A DNA stretch of 14,762 nucleotides from Verrucomicrobiota bacterium. GTDB lineage: Bacteria > Verrucomicrobiota > Verrucomicrobiia > Limisphaerales > SXQI01. This document shows positions 8,188-14,762 of this stretch, in pieces; the first letter of the stretch is position 1; each line of letters opens with the position of its first letter. The translations under genes and the position numbers were made by a program. Below the pieces are notes generated by a model, which searched no databases, had not been told where the DNA came from, and saw nothing but the letters and a program-made list of their open reading frames with translations. Location of the stretch: positions 1 to 14,762 of the forward strand of contig JANRLX010000038.1 in assembly GCA_033762115.1 (NCBI GenBank), in the 5' to 3' direction.

Positions 8188-9543
8188 TCATGAAGCATCT
8201 AGTGCGCCAACTGGTTGTTCGGCCCATTTTTCCACAGCTTCGCGAAACATTTCGCCTCGCTGTTGATAGCTTTGAAACATGTCCAGGCTCGAACACCCGG
8301 GGGAGAGCAAGACCACATCGCCAGCGGCAGCGCTTTTTGCTGCACGCGACACTGCTTCTAACAGTGACTCCACAAGGACGCAAGGGGTAAACAAACTCCA
8401 CGCGGAACGAAGCTTTTCCCGGCTTCCTCCAAGTAAAAAAGCCCCTTTGACCCGCTGTGCCAGGAGCGGACCAAGATCATGAAAATCAAGCCCTTTATCA
8501 ATCCCTCCAGCAATCAACCAAAGGTTCGGCTCCCCGCCAGTTCCTGCAGGCATTGCCTCGATTGCCTTCTGCACCGCATCCACGTTCATTGCCTTGGAGT
8601 CGTTTACAAAAATGATTCCCTGGTGCTCCGCCACCCGTTCGCAACGGTGCGGGCCAGGCTGGTGCTCCCTTAACGCATCCACCATGATATCCAAAGGCAC
8701 TCTTAAAACCCGTCCCACAGCCAGCGCCGCCATCAAATTTTCCGCATTGTGTGGCCCCTTCAGGCGCACCTGGTCCACATTCAAAAGCGGGCCTTCCCAC
8801 CCAGGAATGCGGCTGACCAACAAGCCATGGTCCAGCCAGATATCCGCATGTCGGTTCCGGGCGGAAAAAGTAATCACCTTGCCTCGCGGTTTGATTCCCA
8901 GCGAATGGAGATGGGCCAGGGCTTCAGACTGGACAATCAACCAGTCAAATGCCTGCTGGTTCTCAAACACTCGCGCCACAGTCCGGACATAGTTTGCCAT
9001 CTGTTCATATCGATCCATGAAGTCTGGCTTCAGGTTCAAGATGACGGCAACCGCCGGGCGATAATGCTCGATGCTTTCAAGCTGAAAGGCATTCAACTCC
9101 AGGCTGATGAAATCCAGTTCACGTGTTCGTTCCACCACTTCACAGACCGGTGTTCCACTTCCTCCTGCTTTGAGGCATTTTCGCTGGGCATTCAGCAGAA
9201 TCCCCTGAATCAACTCATCGGTGGTTGTTTTTCCATTCGTTCCAGCAAGGGCAATGCTCAGGCAAAAGAAATACTGCGAGGCGAGTTCAAGGTCGCTCCA
9301 CACCGAAATCCCCTTTTCAAGGTACGGTTGAACTTCCGGCGTATTCCTCGCGGTTTGGCCGGAGAGAATCACCAGTTCAGGGTCCTCTGGGAGGGGTGAT
9401 TTTCGTTCCATTGAACCGGTAATGCCTTGCCTTACGGGAAATGCGCTCACTTTGGCTCCCGCAGCCTGCAAAAAGTCGCGCGCAGCCAGCCCCGAGGGAT
9501 CGAGCCCGAGAACGACAACCTGTTTGTTTTTGAGGTCGCGCAT
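8188..9543 (-). CDS. murD: MurD-family ligase (UDP-MurNAc-L-Ala--D-Glu ligase) with degenerate active-site residues
   Basis: AGTNGKTTT, LELNAFQL, HNAENL, PHRCE, NDSKAMN, LIAGGIDKG and VLLSPGCSSLDMF..Y..RG identify the family. It follows mraY through a TGATG overlap (ATG 9543). Activity is doubtful (see findings). Confidence 0.9.
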   Translation of the reverse strand: MRDLKNKQVVVLGLDPSGLAARDFLQAAGAKVSAFPVRQGITGSMERKSPLPEDPELVILSGQTARNTPEVQPYLEKGISVWSDLELASQYFFCLSIALAGTNGKTTTDELIQGILLNAQRKCLKAGGSGTPVCEVVERTRELDFISLELNAFQLESIEHYRPAVAVILNLKPDFMDRYEQMANYVRTVARVFENQQAFDWLIVQSEALAHLHSLGIKPRGKVITFSARNRHADIWLDHGLLVSRIPGWEGPLLNVDQVRLKGPHNAENLMAALAVGRVLRVPLDIMVDALREHQPGPHRCERVAEHQGIIFVNDSKAMNVDAVQKAIEAMPAGTGGEPNLWLIAGGIDKGLDFHDLGPLLAQRVKGAFLLGGSREKLRSAWSLFTPCVLVESLLEAVSRAAKSAAAGDVVLLSPGCSSLDMFQSYQQRGEMFREAVEKWAEQPVGALDAS

Positions 9544-10691
9544 CAACGTAACTTAAGTGTGCTCAGGGCGACCAGCGCACAAAGCACGCAAAGGATGTAA
9601 AACCTTGTGACCACCTGTGATTCGTACCACCCCTTCTTCTCAAAATGATGATGAAGCGGGGCCATTAAAAAAACTCGTTGTCCAACCCCTGTGCGATATC
9701 GCGTCCATTTAAACCAGTAACGTTGGATCATCACTGAAACCGCTTCTGCCACGAAAACTCCTCCTGCAATCACAAGGATGAATGGTTGGTGAATCAGGAC
9801 GGCAATAATTCCCAATGCGCCTCCCAGGGCAAGCGATCCGGTATCTCCCATGAACACCCGGGCAGGATGGCAGTTGAACCAAAGAAAACCCAACCCGGCA
9901 CCCACCATTGCCGCGCAAAATACGGTCAACTCTCCGGCTCCCGGCACATGCGGAACCTGCAAATACGAAGCAAACCGCGCATTCCCGGCAATATAGGTAA
10001 ACGCAACGAACACAGAAGCCACGATCAATGTGCAGCCAATTGCCAATCCATCCAGGCCATCTGTCAGGTTGACAGCATTCGAACTTCCCACAATCGCCAG
10101 GATGGTGATTAACAATCCAATTCCTCCTGCTCCAACAGCAATCGGTCCCTTCACAAATGGAACCATCACCTCCGTGATCAATGAACGAGTGGCTGGCAGA
10201 TTGTACAAATAAAGAGCGATAAACAGCGCCAGAAAAATCTGCACCGCCCATTTCACATACGCAGCGGCCCCTTTGTTGTTCTGTTTCGTAATCTTGGCCC
10301 AATCATCATAAAAACCGAGGGATGCCAGGACGATCAGGGAAAGGAGCGTCAGCACCAGCAATTCATTCCATTGTGCCCAAAGCAATGCAGACAAATCCAT
10401 CGACATGACAATCAGCAGCCCACCCATCGTGGGCGTTCCCTTTTTGCTTAAAATACGCGCCGCCAGGGTCGCTCCTTCCTCTGCCTTGTCATCGTAATTC
10501 TGGCCAAACTTGAGTTCTTTTAACCACGCAATTACCTTCGGCCCGAGCCACCAGCTTAAAAGCAGGGCGGTAATCGCAGCACCTGCGCTTCGAAAAGTGA
10601 TGTAGCGAAATACCCGCAACGCTGAGACACTGCTTTCCCAGTCCGTTCCTTCAGCGCGCAATTGCAAGTATTGACTCAAATAATAGAGCAT
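9543..10691 (-). CDS. mraY: Phospho-N-acetylmuramoyl-pentapeptide transferase MraY
   Basis: Motifs KKGTPTMGG, GFYDD, SNAVNLTDGLDGLA, FLWFNCHPARVFMGDTGSLALG and MAPLHHHFE are intact. Confidence 0.98.
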   Translation of the reverse strand: MLYYLSQYLQLRAEGTDWESSVSALRVFRYITFRSAGAAITALLLSWWLGPKVIAWLKELKFGQNYDDKAEEGATLAARILSKKGTPTMGGLLIVMSMDLSALLWAQWNELLVLTLLSLIVLASLGFYDDWAKITKQNNKGAAAYVKWAVQIFLALFIALYLYNLPATRSLITEVMVPFVKGPIAVGAGGIGLLITILAIVGSSNAVNLTDGLDGLAIGCTLIVASVFVAFTYIAGNARFASYLQVPHVPGAGELTVFCAAMVGAGLGFLWFNCHPARVFMGDTGSLALGGALGIIAVLIHQPFILVIAGGVFVAEAVSVMIQRYWFKWTRYRTGVGQRVFLMAPLHHHFEKKGWYESQVVTRFYILCVLCALVALSTLKLR

Positions 10692-10730
10692 CTTCTCTGA
10701 TTCGGACCTTTTCAGGCCCAGCCATCACCA

Positions 10731-12125
10731 TTAGTTCACTTCGCTGCCCAGTCTTTGGAGAGCTTCAACCACACGCTCCAACCGTGCCGATCGGGAAGCC
10801 TTTACCAGCACCACATCTCCTGCCCGCACCAATGACTTCACCCGGTCGCAAGCCATCTCGACCTCGGAAATTTCATTCACGTTCTGGAGGCCCGCGCTCC
10901 GTGCGGCATGTCCCATCACAGTCGCCTGTTTGCCAATCGCAATCAGGTGGTCAAAACCTAATTCCGCCGTCCGCCGACCCACCTCGCAATGGGCCGCCAG
11001 TGCCGTTTCGCCAAGCTCGGACATCTCACCCAGCACTGCGATGCGCCGCCCCTTGCAGGGGAAATCGCGCAAGGTTTGCAAGGCTGCGAGCATCGAATCG
11101 GCGTTGGCATTGTAGGCGTCATCCAGCAATAGGATCCCGCCGGCCTTTTTCGCTTCCAAACGCATTTTTGCCGGGCGGCATTCGGTAAGGCCGCGCTGAA
11201 TTTCAGCGCGGCCTAGACCGTGTTCCCTCCCGACCACTATCGACAATGCTGCATTGAGCATTTGATGCTGCCCCAATAAGGCGATGCGATAGTCTCCGGA
11301 AATTTCGCTGTCTGGACCCTGCAGGGAAAATACCGCTCCCTGCTGATCAAGTGATTGTTGCCGCACGACCCAGTCGTTATGCAGGCCAAAACCAACCTTC
11401 TTCACCCTGGCTGATGTTCTGGCGATGATATGATCCACCAATGCGGTATCGCCGTTGATCACCAGCAACCCGTCGGCAGGCAGCAATTCAGCCAGCCACC
11501 CTTCCTCCTGCGCCACACCGGCAATGTCCTTGAAAAATTCGAGATGCTCACGGCCAATGCTGGTAATCACTCCGATGCTTGGTGAAACCATTTTGATCAA
11601 AGGCGCGAGTTCTCCAGGATGATTTGTGCCGATCTCGAACACTCCAGCTTCAGATTTTTTTTCCACCCGCAGCAAAGTTAAAGGCACACCAATCTCATTG
11701 TTGAAACTGCCTTCACTCCAGGTCGTCTCAAATTTCTGTTTCAGCACAGAGGCGATCAATTCCTTGGTCGAAGTCTTGCCATTCGATCCCGCAATCGCGA
11801 TCATCGGGATGTCAAAATCACGCCGGTAAGCCGCGGCAATTTTGCCGAGCGCAATTCGCGTATTTTCCACCACAATCGTTGCCACCCCTTGCGGCACCTT
11901 GTGCGCCGAGCCTTGCTCCACAACCGCTGCCACAGCACCCGCTGAAAAAACGGCACTTAAAAAATCATGGCCGTCAAAACGATCCCCCCGCAACGCCACG
12001 AACAAATCTCCCTGCCGGGCCTGGCGTGAATCGGTGCAGATTCGGTAAAACAACGCGGGGCCGTGCGCATGCAGCAATTGCCCCATGCAGGCATCTGCGG
12101 CAAATTTGAGTGATCGCGGATCCAT
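10731..12125 (-). CDS. murF: UDP-MurNAc-tripeptide--D-Ala-D-Ala ligase MurF
   Basis: Motifs TDSR, GDRFDGHDF, AGSNGKTSTKE, SFNNEIGVP, EIGTNHPGE, EHLE, DDAYNANADSM, GEMSELG and VKASR. Confidence 0.96.
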   Translation of the reverse strand: MDPRSLKFAADACMGQLLHAHGPALFYRICTDSRQARQGDLFVALRGDRFDGHDFLSAVFSAGAVAAVVEQGSAHKVPQGVATIVVENTRIALGKIAAAYRRDFDIPMIAIAGSNGKTSTKELIASVLKQKFETTWSEGSFNNEIGVPLTLLRVEKKSEAGVFEIGTNHPGELAPLIKMVSPSIGVITSIGREHLEFFKDIAGVAQEEGWLAELLPADGLLVINGDTALVDHIIARTSARVKKVGFGLHNDWVVRQQSLDQQGAVFSLQGPDSEISGDYRIALLGQHQMLNAALSIVVGREHGLGRAEIQRGLTECRPAKMRLEAKKAGGILLLDDAYNANADSMLAALQTLRDFPCKGRRIAVLGEMSELGETALAAHCEVGRRTAELGFDHLIAIGKQATVMGHAARSAGLQNVNEISEVEMACDRVKSLVRAGDVVLVKASRSARLERVVEALQRLGSEVN

Positions 12126-12126
12126 G

Positions 12127-13485
12127 TTAGCTCGTTACGGTCATCTCCTGCCGTTTGCTGTTTGTTTCCAACTGTTCTCGGACCACCTGCCTGTCATCAA
12201 ATGGGATGACTGAATCCTCCATCATCTGGACAGCTTGAATTCCTTTTCCAGTAACCACCACAATATCCTCCGGGCCTCCTTTGGCAATCGCTTCGGCGAT
12301 GGCTTGCTTCCGGTCCGGAACGATTTTGTAACCATGGAATTTGCTCCCAAAACCTTGCGCGACTTCTGCGGCAATTCGGGACGGGGAGTGCTGCCCTGGA
12401 TTATCACTGGTCAGATAACAAAAATCCGTCAACCCTGCCGCGACAGTCCCGAGATCACGCCGTTCCTGTGCGGTCATCTCACCTGTTGCCCCTCCCACCA
12501 TCACGATCCGTTTCGGATGCAGTTCCCCTAACTCTTTGAGCAGAAGTTGGATCAGGCCCGCGCCCTTTGCTCCATCCACATACACCGAAGGGCAGCCTGG
12601 CGCCTGAAAATGCTCTCTCAAACCAGGGCAGGGGATAATGTGTTTCAACACTCCCGGATTCAGCATCATTCCGGTTTTCAACAGCGCAGTGCATGCCTTT
12701 AAAAATGAGAGGAGGTTGGAGCGTCCTGAAAATGGCAAAGCCACCGTGGAAATGATATCGCTGCTGATCAGGGTGCAATGGGTATGATCTCGGAAATACC
12801 TGATTTTTTCTGCAAGGACATAACAGGTTGGGCCAGCATGGACCGCTGTTTCATCTCCCATCTGGACAACTGCAAAATCACTCAATCCCTCCGTGGTGTT
12901 GAAGATATAATCAAATTGATCAGAATCCAAAAAGTCCCTTGAGGAGGCTTCCACCACCACCGCCTTGCACCCCTCATGAAGCATCTGCGCGTAATACTGG
13001 TCACATTTCAGCAGTCTCGATTCATCTTTTATCAACGGTACGGTTCGCGTTCCGAAATCACACCGGGAATGGCCGTACCAACCTGCCTTTTCTCCCGCTA
13101 ATGAAAGTAATTCCTTGAGATACCAGGCCACCGGCGTCGTTTCAGATTCTTCCCCCTGAATCGCTATTTTGCTGAGCCGCTCCGCTGGATTTCCATAAAA
13201 AGCGCGGGTCGCCTCAAGCCAGGCCTTCCTCGATGAGGTCACCTGGATATTGGTGGCCTTGTAAGGGACTGCCTCCTCATTTTCCGCCACAATCCCAATC
13301 GCACCCCGCCTGATGGCATTCTCAATCGCCATCGTGTGATTGCCTTGCTTCAAATCACCCAATGCAAAGAATAATCCTCCTGCCCTGACCTGCCGGGGGT
13401 CCGTGGTGATGCCCGTGATTTCCCGCTGCACCGACCCGCGCACCGCAACCGGTTTGATCGATTCAATTAAATCCTTGAGTTGCAT
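12127..13485 (-). CDS. murE: MurE-derived protein, 452 aa, predicted catalytically inactive (pseudoenzyme)
   Basis: Lies between ftsI and murF. Recognisable MurE scaffold (ITGITTDPRQV, FYGNP, VVEASS, LTSDNP, DRKQAI, DIVVVTGKG, FDDR) but no intact P-loop. ATG 13485 is 1 nt after the ftsI stop, whereas the track start 13623 overlaps ftsI. Confidence 0.88.
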   Translation of the reverse strand: MQLKDLIESIKPVAVRGSVQREITGITTDPRQVRAGGLFFALGDLKQGNHTMAIENAIRRGAIGIVAENEEAVPYKATNIQVTSSRKAWLEATRAFYGNPAERLSKIAIQGEESETTPVAWYLKELLSLAGEKAGWYGHSRCDFGTRTVPLIKDESRLLKCDQYYAQMLHEGCKAVVVEASSRDFLDSDQFDYIFNTTEGLSDFAVVQMGDETAVHAGPTCYVLAEKIRYFRDHTHCTLISSDIISTVALPFSGRSNLLSFLKACTALLKTGMMLNPGVLKHIIPCPGLREHFQAPGCPSVYVDGAKGAGLIQLLLKELGELHPKRIVMVGGATGEMTAQERRDLGTVAAGLTDFCYLTSDNPGQHSPSRIAAEVAQGFGSKFHGYKIVPDRKQAIAEAIAKGGPEDIVVVTGKGIQAVQMMEDSVIPFDDRQVVREQLETNSKRQEMTVTS

Positions 13486-13486
13486 G

Positions 13487-14762
13487 CTAGTTTCGCAAAG
13501 CGGCAATGTTCGTGGCCGGGATTCGTTCCGGTGGAATGGCCAGGTAGTTCGCTGATCGTTCAGCAATTTTCTGGAAAACCGGGCTGGCAGTTTCGCCCCC
13601 GTAATAACCTTTTTTCGGTTCATCCAGGACTACCGAGATGCACAGTTCCGGGTTGTCTGCCGGGAAAAATCCGATGTAGGATGAGAAATACTTCCCCTTG
13701 ATGTACTGACCATTGATCGGCTTCTGCGCTGTCCCCGTTTTTCCCGCCACCGTGTAACAATCCAATTGCGCCTTTCGTGCAGTTCCATTGGTTGACGTGG
13801 CGCTCTTCAATGCCTGCACCATCATTCTCGCCGCGGGTTCGCTCACGACCTGCCGCACCGGTTGCGGCATGTGCTGCATGATCACTGAACCATCCTCATC
13901 CACCACCCGGTCAACGATCATCGGTTTCATCAACACCCCCTTGTTGGCAATCGCTGCCATTGCCATCACCATCTGCAATGGAGTGGTTGCAATTTCATGC
14001 CCCATCGGGATGCGAGAAATCGATATTTTCGACCATTTCGGCACCTGGTGCACCGTTCCTGCAACCTCTCCCGGCAGCAGGATTCCAGTCCGCGAACCGA
14101 AACCAAAATTGCGCACATACTGGTAAAGCCGCTCGGGTCCCATCCGAATTCCAATCTTTGCCGCGCCAATGTTCGATGATTTGGCAATGATATCCTCCAC
14201 CGTGATCAATCCATAGGCATGGTCATCCTTCAGCGGGATTCCCGCGAAAACAAACCGTCCATTTTCGCAATGGATATGGTCCTGAAGTGAAATCAACCCT
14301 TCCGTCAACGCTGCGGAAACAACCACAATTTTAAAGGTGCTCCCCGGTTCGCTCTGGTCTGTGACGATCCTGTTTCTTCGTGACTCAGGCGTGCTGCTTT
14401 CCATCTCATTCGGGTTAAACGTGGGAAGATTTGCCATCGCCAGGATTTCACCCGTGCGAGGCCGCACCACGATGGCCGAAGCGCTCACGGGATTGTGGCG
14501 CATCATCACTTCAGCAAGTTCACTTTCAACGATATGCTGGACTCCGGAATCAATCGTTAAATAAACGTGATGTCCCGGACGGGCCGTAAAATCCTGGTCT
14601 CGATACGCCACCAATTCCCGGCGCTTGCTGTCGATCTCCGTTTTGCGCCAGCCATACATTCCCGTCAGGACAGAATCCAAGGTTGCTTCCAGTCCTTCAC
14701 GTCCTGCCAGGACCGTCACCGGCCCATTCGGCGTTTCCCGTTCCGCCATTCCAGTGTATCCC
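13487..14762 (-). CDS. ftsI: Class B penicillin-binding protein FtsI/PBP3; 5'-partial
   Basis: SxxK (EPGSTFK), SxN (KSSNIG) and KTG (GKTGTAQK) are intact. The frame stays open upstream of 14749 (...GYTG-MAERE...GREGLE), so the true start is outside the window. Confidence 0.95.
   Translation of the reverse strand, partial: GYTGMAERETPNGPVTVLAGREGLEATLDSVLTGMYGWRKTEIDSKRRELVAYRDQDFTARPGHHVYLTIDSGVQHIVESELAEVMMRHNPVSASAIVVRPRTGEILAMANLPTFNPNEMESSTPESRRNRIVTDQSEPGSTFKIVVVSAALTEGLISLQDHIHCENGRFVFAGIPLKDDHAYGLITVEDIIAKSSNIGAAKIGIRMGPERLYQYVRNFGFGSRTGILLPGEVAGTVHQVPKWSKISISRIPMGHEIATTPLQMVMAMAAIANKGVLMKPMIVDRVVDEDGSVIMQHMPQPVRQVVSEPAARMMVQALKSATSTNGTARKAQLDCYTVAGKTGTAQKPINGQYIKGKYFSSYIGFFPADNPELCISVVLDEPKKGYYGGETASPVFQKIAERSANYLAIPPERIPATNIAALRN

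Noticed and set aside
12127..13485. Calling murE a classical pseudogene or a frameshift artefact
   Set aside because: There is no stop or frame break, and degenerate motifs stay in register with conserved flanks in a single frame from start to end. A short compensated frameshift in the unrecognisable central segment cannot be fully excluded.
13486..13623. 46-aa N-terminal extension of MurE in the ORF track
   Set aside because: It overlaps the ftsI 3' end. MurE homology begins at MQLKDL (ATG 13485), 1 nt after the ftsI stop.
181..14564. The many plus-strand ORFs (e.g. 181..684, 2999..3427, 8749..9399) and alternative-frame minus-strand ORFs (e.g. 9709..10302, 8057..8401, 731..1012)
   Set aside because: They lie wholly or mostly over well-supported dcw genes and show no recognisable motifs, so they are treated as shadow ORFs.
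1..14762. CRISPR arrays, tRNA/rRNA genes, IS elements or prophage
   Set aside because: The window is almost fully coding, the largest gap is 136 nt, and no spaced direct repeats, transposase or integrase motifs were seen.

Overview
The window is the downstream part of a division/cell-wall (dcw) operon, entirely on the minus strand. In transcription order it reads ftsI (5'-truncated), murE-like, murF, mraY, murD-like, LysM protein, ftsW, murG, murB, ddl, ftsQ, ftsA, ftsZ (3'-truncated). ftsZ is absent from the ORF track and was translated by hand from 843 to the window edge. The LysM gene between murD and ftsW and the Cys-type MurB point to a PVC-superphylum bacterium, probably Verrucomicrobiota (inference). 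The gene order looks routine, but the residues do not. murC is missing from its usual slot. MurE is a full-length ORF that has lost nearly every catalytic motif (P-loop GTNGKTT -> GEESETT). MurD has lost several catalytic and substrate-binding residues. MurB, Ddl, MurF, MraY, MurG, FtsW and FtsI keep their main motifs. The three affected steps (MurC, MurD, MurE) are exactly those that build the stem tripeptide, which suggests a bypass such as Mpl-type tripeptide salvage, or paralogues elsewhere in the genome. FtsZ also carries Tyr in place of the catalytic T7-loop Asp (NVDFAD -> NVDFAY). Residue equivalences come from by-eye alignment to remembered E. coli sequences and need confirming.
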